64,000 bases of DNA from Nitrospirota bacterium (lineage in GTDB: Bacteria; Nitrospirota; UBA9217). The notes under the pieces are model-generated. The model was not told where the DNA came from. It did not search any database and saw nothing but the letters and a program-made list of their open reading frames with translations. Every line of letters starts with the position of its first letter. Position 1 is the first letter of the stretch. The translations under genes were made by a program, and so were the position numbers. The stretch covers positions 1,025,862 to 1,089,861 of the forward strand of contig CAWIIS010000008.1 in the NCBI GenBank assembly GCA_963836175.1, written 5' to 3'. Positions 29,641 through 38,793 of the stretch are shown piece after piece.

Positions 29641-29715
29641 AAATTGCTTGTCATAATACTTAATCCTTGACAAGCAATTTTCTTGTGGTAGTATAGGACT
29701 AATTTAGTCCTATAC
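29641..29715 (+). promoter_or_regulatory. Promoter and two palindromic operators upstream of the Rrf2 regulator / cco operon
   Basis: A 13-bp perfect IR AAATTGCTTGTCA/TGACAAGCAATTT (29641-29680) embeds TTGACA (29667-29672). TAGTAT follows at 29689-29694. A 25-bp palindrome GTATAGGACTAATTTAGTCCTATAC (29691-29715) overlaps the -10/+1 region. Confidence 0.6.
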
Positions 29716-29793
29716 TTACAGGCAGGCAGGCGCATATTGTCGATCAATCCTGTGATAGACTTATCTTGTTGGTAAAAATCATATAAAGGCCTT

Positions 29794-30192
29794 ATGCTCG
29801 TTACCAGAGAAACTGATTATGCTGTACGGTGTGTGCTGTATCTTGCACGTGAAAAGGACCTGGTGGCAAACGTCACCGAGATCGCCCGTGCAATGCATAT
29901 CCCGAAGACCTTTCTGGCCAAGATCCTTCAGCGGCTCATTCGCCATGGAATCATCGGGTCTCTTCGCGGCATGCATGGCGGTTTCAGGCTTGCAAAAAAA
30001 CCCGCTGACATCTCACTCCTTGATATCATGGAAGCGATCCAGGGGCCTGCGGGTATAAATGTATGCGCAGTCGACAGCAAGAAGTGCAGCATGAGTTCTT
30101 CCTGCGCGGTTCACCCGGTATGGGTAGACATACGAAGGGACGTGGAGGACCGTCTCAGAAAAGAAACGATCGACAAACTGCGGGGAAGGTAA
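29794..30192 (+). CDS. Rrf2-family transcriptional regulator (IscR/NsrR-like, Cys-containing)
   Basis: N-terminal wHTH (TRETDYAVRCVLYLAR...VTEIARAMHIPKTFLAKILQRL) and C-terminal cysteines C-x6-C-x5-C. Confidence 0.88.
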   Translation: MLVTRETDYAVRCVLYLAREKDLVANVTEIARAMHIPKTFLAKILQRLIRHGIIGSLRGMHGGFRLAKKPADISLLDIMEAIQGPAGINVCAVDSKKCSMSSSCAVHPVWVDIRRDVEDRLRKETIDKLRGR

Positions 30193-30235
30193 TTTTCTAC
30201 ATCGGGGACGAAGGTCCTGCAAGGAGGCAACTGGT

Positions 30236-31639
30236 ATGAACGATTATCGCTATGATAATCAAACGGTACAAGGTTTTATCCTGTCCTCGATATTCTGGGG
30301 CGTCGTCGGCATCGTGATCGGGCTCTGGATATCCATTCAAATGTGGATGCCGTCATGGAACATTGCGCCCTACTTCACCTTCGGAAGACTCCGGGTGGTG
30401 CATACCAACGGGCTCGCGTTCGGGCTCGGCATCGGTGCGATCTTCGGTATTTTCTATTACATTACCATGAAGCTCACCAAACGGCCCCTGCTGTTCCCGA
30501 AACTCGCGCGGTTTCATCTCTACCTGTTCAATGTGGCCATCGCGCTCGCTGCGCTCAGCCTGTTCCTCGGCATGAACCAGTCCCTGGAATATGCGGAGCT
30601 CGAATGGCCGCTCGACATCGGCGTCGTCATCCTCTGGGTGATCTTTGCCGTGAACATTTTCGGGACGGTCATTAAGCGCAAAGAAGAACAGATGTACATC
30701 TCCCTGTGGTACATCATCGCAACGGTCGTCGCCGTGGCAATCCTGTATATCGTGAACAACCTCTCGATCCCCGCCGGGCTTACGAAGTCCTACCATCTCT
30801 TTGCCGGCGTCAACAGCGCCAACGTGGAATGGTGGTATGGGCATAACGCCGTGGGCTTCATTTTCACCACGCCCATTCTTGCCATGTTCTACTATTTTCT
30901 GCCCAAAGCAACGGGTTTGCCGATCTTCAGCCACCGCCTCTCGATCATTGCCTTCTGGTCGCTTGTTTTCGCCTATCTCTGGACCGGAGCGCACCATCTG
31001 GTGTATACCCCCCTGCCCGACTGGATACAGACCCTCGGCATCGCGTTCACCATCTTCCTGATAGCGCCGTCCTGGGGTTCCGTGGTGAACGGGTATTATA
31101 CGGTCGGTTCTGACTGGTCGAAGATGCGGACCAACTATCTCACCAAGTTCCTCATCCTCGGCATCACCTTCTACGGCCTGCAGACCGTGCAGGGGCCGAC
31201 CCAGGGACTGCGCGTAGTGAGCCAACTCGTTCATTATACCGACTGGGTCCCCGGCCATGTGCATATGGGGACCATGGGCTGGGTAACGATGACTGCAGCG
31301 GCTGCCGTCTACTACATCATCCCCAGGATCTACAACACGGAGATCTACAGTGAGAAGATCGCGAATATCCATTTCTGGCTCGTGCTGACCGGTCAGTTGA
31401 TCTTTTCGATCACCATGTGGATCACCGGGATCATACAGGGCGCGCTCTGGAAGGCCACGAACCCCGATGGAAACCTGGCCTATACGTTCATGGAGATTTT
31501 GGCCAGGAACTATCCGTACTGGATCATGAGGACGATCGGGGGCGTGATCTTTACGATCGGCATGCTTTTCTTCATCTACAATGTGTACATGACCATGCGC
31601 AAGGGCAAGGCTCTCTCGCCTGCCGGCGCGAAGGCATAG
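30236..31639 (+). CDS. ccoN: cbb3-type cytochrome c oxidase subunit I
   Basis: 467 aa with 12 or more TM helices and the heme-copper His pattern (WWYGHNAVGF, HHLVYTP, HVHMGTMGW). Confidence 0.93.
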   Translation: MNDYRYDNQTVQGFILSSIFWGVVGIVIGLWISIQMWMPSWNIAPYFTFGRLRVVHTNGLAFGLGIGAIFGIFYYITMKLTKRPLLFPKLARFHLYLFNVAIALAALSLFLGMNQSLEYAELEWPLDIGVVILWVIFAVNIFGTVIKRKEEQMYISLWYIIATVVAVAILYIVNNLSIPAGLTKSYHLFAGVNSANVEWWYGHNAVGFIFTTPILAMFYYFLPKATGLPIFSHRLSIIAFWSLVFAYLWTGAHHLVYTPLPDWIQTLGIAFTIFLIAPSWGSVVNGYYTVGSDWSKMRTNYLTKFLILGITFYGLQTVQGPTQGLRVVSQLVHYTDWVPGHVHMGTMGWVTMTAAAAVYYIIPRIYNTEIYSEKIANIHFWLVLTGQLIFSITMWITGIIQGALWKATNPDGNLAYTFMEILARNYPYWIMRTIGGVIFTIGMLFFIYNVYMTMRKGKALSPAGAKA

Positions 31640-31647
31640 GGGATATC

Positions 31648-32580
31648 ATGGCAGGCAATCTCTACAGTAAACCCATTCTGTTCACGATCGTCGCGGCCGT
31701 CGTCATCCTCATCGGGACCGCGGTCACCATGTTTATCCCGATGTTGACCCCGGAGATGCACCCGAAACTGGCTGACCTGAGGCCCTACACCGCGCTGCAG
31801 CTTGCGGGCAAGGATATTTACCAGCGTGAAGGCTGCAACAACTGCCACACGCAAACCGTTCGTCCGTTGAAGACCGAGGTCATGCGGTACGGGGAATACT
31901 CGAAGGCCGGCGAGTTCGCCTACGACCGTCCGTTCCTCTGGGGGTCGAAACGCACCGGCCCGGACCTGGCGCGCATCGGCGGCAAATATCCGGACAAGTG
32001 GCATGAGATCCATTTTGAGAACGCACAGGCGATGTTCGCAGAATCCAATATGCCGGCCTATGGCTGGATGAAGAACAACAGGCTCGATCCTGCGGATATC
32101 GAGGCGCACATGAAGGCGAATGGTTTCCCCGTTGCACCGGGCGAGATCGCAGAACTGCAAAACAGGAATGAGCTGGACGCCCTGATCGCGTACGTTCAGG
32201 CGATCGGCACGTCGGTCAAGAGGACTGCCGTAGCAGCACGGCCGCTGGTTGAGGAAAAACCTATTCCGAACCCGCTTGCCGGCGATGCCGCCGCGATCAG
32301 CAAGGGCGCGGCCTTGTACCAGCAGCACTGCGCCGCCTGCCACGGCGCTGACGGAAAAGGCGCCATCGGACCGAGCCTGACGGATACGACTTTTCTGTAT
32401 GTCGCCGGCGACATACCCGATCACGATTATTTCGAAGTCATCAACAACGGCACGCAGCCCAACATGGTCGTGGACGGGAGGGCGGCAAAAGGCGGCATGC
32501 CCTCCTACGCCAGCACATTGGACAAGAACAAGATATGGTCACTGGTCGCCTATATCAGATCGCTCCAGGGGAAAAAATAA
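31648..32580 (+). CDS. ccoO: cbb3 oxidase subunit II fused to an extra C-terminal monoheme cytochrome c domain
   Basis: An N-terminal TM plus CNNCHTQ (CcoO heme) and FLWGSKRTGPDLARIG, then a linker and a second class-I domain with CAACHGADGKG...GGMP. Confidence 0.88.
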   Translation: MAGNLYSKPILFTIVAAVVILIGTAVTMFIPMLTPEMHPKLADLRPYTALQLAGKDIYQREGCNNCHTQTVRPLKTEVMRYGEYSKAGEFAYDRPFLWGSKRTGPDLARIGGKYPDKWHEIHFENAQAMFAESNMPAYGWMKNNRLDPADIEAHMKANGFPVAPGEIAELQNRNELDALIAYVQAIGTSVKRTAVAARPLVEEKPIPNPLAGDAAAISKGAALYQQHCAACHGADGKGAIGPSLTDTTFLYVAGDIPDHDYFEVINNGTQPNMVVDGRAAKGGMPSYASTLDKNKIWSLVAYIRSLQGKK

Positions 32581-32591
32581 GGAGATATGTT

Positions 32592-32777
32592 ATGGCTGAA
32601 GACACCGATAACATCCAAGACTTTGAAGCAAAGGATACATCCCATGATCTTCCCCTGGGCTGGCTGCTGCTGTTCTGGGGGCTCATCCTCTTCGGCGTTT
32701 ATTATTTTATTGCCTATACGCCGTACATCAGCGGCTGGTCCCAGGAGCGCGCGTACACGGAATCACTAAAACCGTAA
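32592..32777 (+). CDS. Stand-alone FixP_N-like membrane peptide (N-terminal domain of CcoP)
   Basis: 61 aa. HDLPLGWLLLFWGLILFGVYYFIAYTPY matches the D-x-LP-x-WW...F...Y..YP pattern of the CcoP membrane anchor. Confidence 0.7.
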   Translation: MAEDTDNIQDFEAKDTSHDLPLGWLLLFWGLILFGVYYFIAYTPYISGWSQERAYTESLKP

Positions 32778-32783
32778 TCCCCC

Positions 32784-32830
32784 GTGGAGTCAGGGTGCGG
32801 CCGTTCCTCTGAGACCGGCCCTGACTCCAC
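32784..32830 (+). other. Intercistronic GC-rich stem-loop in the cco operon
   Basis: Perfect 12-bp arms GTGGAGTCAGGG/CCCTGACTCCAC with further inner pairing and no T-run, so it is a possible mRNA stability or processing element. Confidence 0.6.
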
Positions 32831-32877
32831 ACCCTCTGGAGAGTAATAGAGCAATGACCTGAGGAAGGAGGCATTCC

Positions 32878-32985
32878 ATGGACATGTCAATTTTTGTCAC
32901 AATCGGTTTTACGATAGCAGCGGTGATCGGCATCATCGTGCTTATTTTTACGGCACGCAGCAGGAAAAAGAACACCCGGAACTAA
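32878..32985 (+). CDS. Small hydrophobic protein (35 aa), below the ORF-track threshold
   Basis: A GAGGAAGGAGG RBS lies 7 nt upstream. The sequence MDMSIFVTIGFTIAAVIGIIVLIFTARSRKKNTRN is a single TM helix with a basic tail. Confidence 0.6.
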   Translation: MDMSIFVTIGFTIAAVIGIIVLIFTARSRKKNTRN

Positions 32986-33012
32986 CCAGCTTCTGAAAGA
33001 CAGGGCCATAGT

Positions 33013-33156
33013 ATGGAAAAACAAGCATGGGCATATTTTCTGTTCGGACTCGCCCTGGTCGTGCTTTTCGTGATTATCATCGCGCATTATTATTCCAGGA
33101 AGCGGCGTGATAAAGTCGAGGACGCTAAGTATAAAATGCTGGATGATGATGAGTAG
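33013..33156 (+). CDS. ccoQ: cbb3 oxidase small subunit CcoQ/FixQ-like (47 aa), below the ORF-track threshold
   Basis: MEKQAWAYFLFGLALVVLFVIIIAHYYSRKRRDKVEDAKYKMLDDDE is a single TM helix followed by Y-x-x-K-R and an acidic tail, as in FixQ. Confidence 0.7.
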   Translation: MEKQAWAYFLFGLALVVLFVIIIAHYYSRKRRDKVEDAKYKMLDDDE

Positions 33157-34363
33157 AAAGTTCCACCGGCTCAGACGATCCCTGGGTACCCTGCTGCTGC
33201 TCATTTTCATCGGGCTCCCCTTTCTGCGTGTGCAGGGGGAGAGCGCCTTTCGGTTCGATGTTCCGACCCTTCGGCTCCTGCTCTTTGGCACGGCGGTCCC
33301 GCTGGCGGACTTTTTCATCATCCTGATCGCGGTGATCGGAATAACCTTCGCGGCCATCGCAGCAACAACGCTCTTTGGACGGGTGTGGTGCGGATGGCTC
33401 TGCCCTCAGACGATACTGGTCGATGCGACTGTTTTCCTGGATGCCGCCCGGAAGCGGCGTGGATTGAGGATGATTGTCCCCCTCGCGGCAGGCCTTCTCA
33501 TGAGCATGGTCATCGCGGCAAGTCTGATCGGGTATTTCGTGTCTCCCTACGATCTGCCTGTTCTGCTGTCGACCGCCGGAACGGCAGCGAAGATCGTGAA
33601 GGGATCGTTCCTCGTTCTGGTCGTCATCATTTTTGTCGATCTGATCGCGCTGCGGAGGACATTCTGTGCAACGGTTTGCCCCTATGCAAAAATGCAGGGT
33701 GTGCTGTTCGACGACCGGACGCTGGTGGTGGTCTTCGATCGGCGGCGCGCCGGGGAGTGCATGCACTGCAATGCGTGCGTAGCAACCTGTCCCGTCGGCA
33801 TCGACATCAGAAACGGCTCACAAGCGGCATGTATCCACTGTGCCGAATGCGTGGACGCCTGCACCGACAGGATGGCCCTGCGAGGCCGCTCATCGCTGGT
33901 GCGGTACACCTTCGGCATCCCGGGAGAACGCGACCCGGGAGTCCGGGTAGTTCCCCTGATCACCGGGGCCGTAACCGTGGCAGCGTTTGCAGCTTTTCTC
34001 TACCTCTCGGCAACGCGAATGCCCTTTGATATGACCATGCGCCTGGAGTATGCAACGCCGCCCGCAATAGGCGCGGATGGAAGCATCACGAACACCTATG
34101 AACTGTCGCTCCGAAACATGAGCGCGTCCGATCTTCAGCTGGCTTTGAGCGCATCAGCATCGATTGGTGAGGCTGCGGTGTCGCCCGCCGCGATCGCGCT
34201 GCCGAAGAGCACGGACATGACGCATACGCGGATTTCAGTCTCCTTATCTGGGATAACGGGAAACGAACAGCGTCCCGCGACGATCACGTTGACCCTCCGG
34301 TCCGAACAAACGGACAAGAGCCTGTCAAAAACTATTTATTTCATGACCCCGAATATCCCATGA
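33143..34363 (+). CDS. ccoG: Cytochrome c oxidase accessory protein CcoG/FixG (membrane 4Fe-4S ferredoxin)
   Basis: GRVWCGWLCPQT plus CMHCNACVATCP and CIHCAECVDAC. The start overlaps the ccoQ end. Confidence 0.88.
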   Translation: MMMSRKFHRLRRSLGTLLLLIFIGLPFLRVQGESAFRFDVPTLRLLLFGTAVPLADFFIILIAVIGITFAAIAATTLFGRVWCGWLCPQTILVDATVFLDAARKRRGLRMIVPLAAGLLMSMVIAASLIGYFVSPYDLPVLLSTAGTAAKIVKGSFLVLVVIIFVDLIALRRTFCATVCPYAKMQGVLFDDRTLVVVFDRRRAGECMHCNACVATCPVGIDIRNGSQAACIHCAECVDACTDRMALRGRSSLVRYTFGIPGERDPGVRVVPLITGAVTVAAFAAFLYLSATRMPFDMTMRLEYATPPAIGADGSITNTYELSLRNMSASDLQLALSASASIGEAAVSPAAIALPKSTDMTHTRISVSLSGITGNEQRPATITLTLRSEQTDKSLSKTIYFMTPNIP

Positions 34364-34373
34364 GGTTGATACC

Positions 34374-34829
34374 ATGCGTACACTGATCACCCTGGTCTGC
34401 ATCATCGGCCTTGCCGCCACCATAGGAACCATCGTTGTCGGAATGAACAGTTTCGAAGGCATCGTTGTCGAGAAACCCTATGAAGCCGGACTGGCATGGG
34501 ACCAGGCGCTGCAAAATAAAGAAAAACTGGGATGGACCGTCAACCTGCAGAACCCGTCGTTCAAAACGGGAAGGAACGAACTGTCGTTGCTGATCATCGA
34601 TAAGAACCGGGCCCGGTTGGCAGATGCCGTAGTCCTCGTTACGGTCAGCAGGCCTTCGACGCGTCAGTACGATAAAACGTACGCAATGGCACAACAACCG
34701 GACAACAGTTACCGTGCTTTCATCGACCTTCCGCTCAAGGGGAATTGGGGCCTCATAAGCGATATTGCTTATCGCGGCGATCATGCAAGTTTTAAAAATG
34801 TCGCATACGCTGAACAGGGAGCCCTATGA
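34374..34829 (+). CDS. FixH/CcoH-family protein
   Basis: An N-terminal TM followed by a FixH-like beta domain, in the position after ccoG. Confidence 0.75.
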   Translation: MRTLITLVCIIGLAATIGTIVVGMNSFEGIVVEKPYEAGLAWDQALQNKEKLGWTVNLQNPSFKTGRNELSLLIIDKNRARLADAVVLVTVSRPSTRQYDKTYAMAQQPDNSYRAFIDLPLKGNWGLISDIAYRGDHASFKNVAYAEQGAL

Positions 34830-35293
34830 AAGGGTTAATCATCATGATCGCAAAGCAGTTGCGATATCTCACCGGGATGATCCTGGCAGCCGGAATGCTG
34901 AGCATGGCTGTGCTTACTGCTGCTGCAGAGGAAAACGGGATAAACTGCGATATCCAGCAAGGCCCCTGCTTATGGTCAACCGACGACGGCACGAGGATCG
35001 AGCTTGAGATCCTGCCCAGGCCGGTAACGGCCATGTCAGACCTTGCCTTCCTTGTAACGCTTTCCAAAAACGGGAAACCTGTCCTTGATGCGTCGGTCCT
35101 GCTCGATCTCACTATGCCCGGCATGTTCATGGGTAAGAACCAGGTCGCCCTGAAGCAGGCTAAAAATGGGAGATATGAGGGGCATGGGACGATCACCCGA
35201 TGCATGAGCGGCCATAAAACCTGGAAAGCGAAAGTAACGGCCACCCATTCGGGAAAGGCTGCTGCAGCTGATTTTATATTTGAGGTCAGGTAG
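34826..35293 (+). CDS. Secreted YtkA/FixH-like domain protein
   Basis: Signal peptide and a beta-rich domain. It is coupled to the upstream gene by an ATGA overlap. Confidence 0.6.
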   Translation: MKGLIIMIAKQLRYLTGMILAAGMLSMAVLTAAAEENGINCDIQQGPCLWSTDDGTRIELEILPRPVTAMSDLAFLVTLSKNGKPVLDASVLLDLTMPGMFMGKNQVALKQAKNGRYEGHGTITRCMSGHKTWKAKVTATHSGKAAAADFIFEVR

Positions 35294-35294
35294 C

Positions 35295-35973
35295 ATGGAA
35301 CCCGGCTATCTCCTTGCCTTCACGACCGGCATGCTCGGCGGTTTCGGCCACTGCGTCGGCATGTGCGGACCGCTCGTAGCGTCCTATACGCTCGCGACGC
35401 CATCCAGCGACCAGCCGTTGTTCAGCCGCTTCGTGCCTCACCTCCTGTACAACCTGGGCCGCATTACCACCTACGGGATCATCGGCGGGATCATGGGTCT
35501 GTCAGGATCATTTGTCAATGTCGCGGGAAGACTGGCAGGCATCCAGAATATCGTGGCAATTGTTGCCGGTATCATGATGGTCGCCATGGGGATGGCTATT
35601 GCCTCGAGAACCGGCTCAATGGCATGGATCGAGAAGTATAATTTCCCGGTCCTCAGGCTGGCCCAGCAGATCCGGTCGTCATCTTCGTCATTTCGCTACT
35701 ATCCCCTCGGCCTCCTGCTCGGCCTGCTCCCCTGCGGACTCTCCTACACAATATTCATCGCCTCGGCCGGGACCGGAGGGCTGGTTCCCGGCATGGCAAC
35801 GGCCCTACTGTTCGGCCTCGGCACGCTTCCTGCGCTGCTTTTATTCGGAGCTGCCATAACATCACTCAGCGCAGCGCTCCGCGGCAGGTTCTACCGGGCA
35901 GGCGGCATCATGCGTCATCATCATGGGCGTCTATTTTCTGTACAGAGGAATTAAGCTCTATGCCGACCTGTGA
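35295..35973 (+). CDS. DsbD_2/TauE-like membrane protein (HCxxMCGP motif), one frame break near 35911-35914
   Basis: GGFGHCVGMCGPL is present. Removing one base gives the C-terminus [23 protein letters not shown]-stop at 35971-35973, overlapping the ccoI start. Confidence 0.75.
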
Positions 35974-38420
35974 CCACTGCCTGCTCGAAGTATCGGAGCG
36001 AAACGCGATCCACGAAGAGGTGGATGGACAGCCGAAGGTCTTTTGCTGCCACGGGTGCAGCGGCATCTACCAGCTTATCCACAGCGAAGGGCTCGATGAC
36101 TTTTACGCAAAACGAAGGGCATGGACGCCCGGCCCGGCGGATAAAAAAACCGTGGACCTTGCAGCCTTCCTGGACGGTCTGCGGCCTGCGGGCACGGAGA
36201 TCGAAACCGATATCATCCTCGACGGCATCCGGTGCGCATCCTGCGTCTGGCTGAACGAAAAGATCCTCGCCAGGACGGACGGCATATCCTACGCCAGGGT
36301 GAATTACGCGACCCACCGGGCAAAGATCCGCTGGAACCCGGACAAGACCGACATTGGAGCGATCATCAAGCGGATCGCGTCCATCGGCTACACACCGAAA
36401 CCGTTCTTTGCCGGACAGTTCGAAAAAGAACAGCAGCGCGAGACTCGCGATTTGCTGCTCCGCTTCGGCACCGCGGCGTTCTTTTCCATGCAGCTCATGC
36501 TGTTCTCCGTTGCCCTCTATGCCGGATATTTTCAGGGCATTGACGAAAAGCTCAGAACCATCTTTCACGTGCTCTCGCTGCTGCTCACGACGCCGGTCCT
36601 GTTCTATTCCGGATGGCCGATCATCAAGGGGGCCTTCCGGGGCATGAGGAACCTCACGTTCAACATGGACGTCCTGATCGCGGCCGGTGCTCTTTCCGCT
36701 TATGGATACAGCATCTACCAGATGGCTGCGGGCGGAGAGGTCTATTTTGATACTGCAGCCATGATCATTACGCTCATTCTGCTCGGCAGATACATCGAGT
36801 CAGGCGCCAAGGGTAAAGCCTCGGAAACGATCAGCAAACTGATGCAACTGACTCCCAAAACAGCCCGGAAGCTGGACACCCTGCAGAAACAGCAGGAAGC
36901 GGTCGCCTGGACGCATCTGGCCTTGCGACAGATGGCTCCCCTCTCGTCGCTGCAACCCGGAGATTTTATCGAAGTGATACCCGGTGAAAGGATACCGATC
37001 GACGGCATGGTCGTTGACAGGAGAATCTGAAGCTGATGAATCCATGCTCACCGGCGAGTCGAAGCCCTCTTCAAAGAAACCTGGAGAACAGGTCTTCTGC
37101 GGCACGCAGAACCTCTACGGAAGCTTCGTTTTCCAGATCACGGCAACGGGAAAGGACACGGTACTCGCCAGGATCATCCAGGCAGTCGAGGACGCTCAGT
37201 CGCGCCGCGCGCCGATCCAGGCAGTGGCAGACCGGGTGGTGGGCTACTTCGTGCCTGCGGTCCTGCTTCATTGCCCTGCTGACGTTCCTGGGCTGGCTCT
37301 ACCTTGACGCCCCGGTCTCCCGGGCAGTCATGAACGCGGTCTCGGTCCTGGTGATCGCCTGCCCCTGCGCACTGGGGCTCGCCACTCCCCTGGCCATCCT
37401 GATCGGCACGTCCCACGGAGCATCACGAGGCATCCTGATGAAAGGCGGAGACGTGATCGAAAAGGCAGCATCCGTTGATTTCGTGGTTTTGGATAAGACC
37501 GGGACCATAACGGAAGGAAAACCGGTTCTGAGCGAATGCTCGCGGCATCGGTATTCCTGACAGCGAAGCGCTCCGCTTAGCGCTTTCCCTGGAACGCTGC
37601 TCGGAACACTCGCTCGGCAAGGCAATTGTCGAAGCCGCGAATGAGATGGAGCCCTACGAGATTTCGGATTTTTCCGCAGTAGCAGGCAAAGGGATACGTG
37701 GCATGATCCGGGGAAAAGCAGCGCTCATCGGCAGCCGCCAGTTCATCGAAACCGAGGGCATGAACAGCAGCATTGATGCGGTACTGGGGATAGAGCAGCT
37801 CAACAAGATCGCGGAGAGCGAAAGATCAGGAGCCACGGTTGTCTATCTCTGCCAGGACCAAACCTTGTGCGGTGTGTTCGTCATAGCGGACACGATACGA
37901 AAAGAAGCGATTGAAACAGTCGGCATGCTTAAGAATGCAGGGCTCGAGGTCATGATGATCACCGGCGACAATCTGCCTACTGCCGAGGCTGTCGCGCAGA
38001 AGACAGGCATTGAACACGTGAAAGCCCTGGCCTCGCCGCTTGATAAAGCAGCCGAAATTAAGCAGATGGAACAGGAAGGCAGGCACGTGCTGATGGCGGG
38101 AGACGGCATTAATGACGCGCCTGCGCTGGTGCAGGCCACGGTCGGTGTTGCCATGGGCCGGGCCACGGATATCGCGCTTGAAAGCGCGGACATGGTCATT
38201 CTGCGCCCCGACCTCAGGCTGGTCGCGGACGCCATAGCGCTCTCGAAAAAGACCTTCACGATCATAAAGCAGAATATCTTCTGGGCCTTCTTTTACAACC
38301 TTGTCGTGATCCCCCTGGCCATCCTTGGTCGTTATGCATCCGGTCATGGCCGCGGCAGCCATGGCGTTCAGTTCACTCTCGGTTGTTGGCAACTCCATGC
38401 GCGCGAGGTTGTCATCATGA
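35960..38420 (+). CDS. ccoI: Copper-translocating P1B-type ATPase CcoI/FixI, 4 frame breaks
   Basis: [19 protein letters not shown] and [10 protein letters not shown] are present. The frames step +1 near 37005-37020, 37262-37268, 37525-37545 and 38325-38335. The restored C-terminus ends with a TGA overlapping the ccoS ATG. Confidence 0.9.
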
Positions 38421-38596
38421 TGTGGAGCATGCTTCTCTTGATCTTTTTGACCCTGGGGGCGGGATTCGCCGGATGGATGTTCTTCCTCTGGGCGGTCAAG
38501 AGCGGTCAGTATGATGACATCGAAGGGCCGAAGTACCGGATGCTGGAGGACGATGAGGGGGAGGATAAAGATAGGGAGAGCGATCAGAACAAATGA
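38417..38596 (+). CDS. ccoS: cbb3 oxidase maturation protein CcoS/FixS
   Basis: [47 protein letters not shown] matches the CcoS pattern (W-A-x-K-S-G-Q-x-D-D). Confidence 0.85.
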   Translation: MMWSMLLLIFLTLGAGFAGWMFFLWAVKSGQYDDIEGPKYRMLEDDEGEDKDRESDQNK

Positions 38597-38635
38597 TATA
38601 TTCGAGTGTTTCTTTGCGGCAGAGGGTAGTACTTT

Positions 38636-38746
38636 AAAAGCATTTGGACACGGATAAAATCGGATAAGAACCGGATAACGGCGGATTTTTTTGATGGGAG
38701 GTTCAAAGCAGATGTTCATCCGCCTCTTCCGTGTCCAAAAGCTTTT
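38636..38746. repeat. Palindromic intergenic element, copy A (GGACACGGA ends, CGGATAA units at ~10-bp phase)
   Basis: A 19-bp IR with one mismatch: AAAAGCATTTGGACACGGA and TCCGTGTCCAAAAGCTTTT. The interior has CGGATAAAAT CGGATAAGAA CCGGATAACGG CGGATTTTTTT. It lies between convergent ccoS and the HPP gene. Confidence 0.75.
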
Positions 38747-38793
38747 TCAAGTTTAGCGGCTGGAAGGGAAACGTGCGGGATAAGCGGTGGTTT

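Noticed and set aside
30353-31372. A 339-aa minus-strand ORF inside ccoN.
   Set aside because: It is antisense to an intact heme-copper oxidase gene and has no independent signals.
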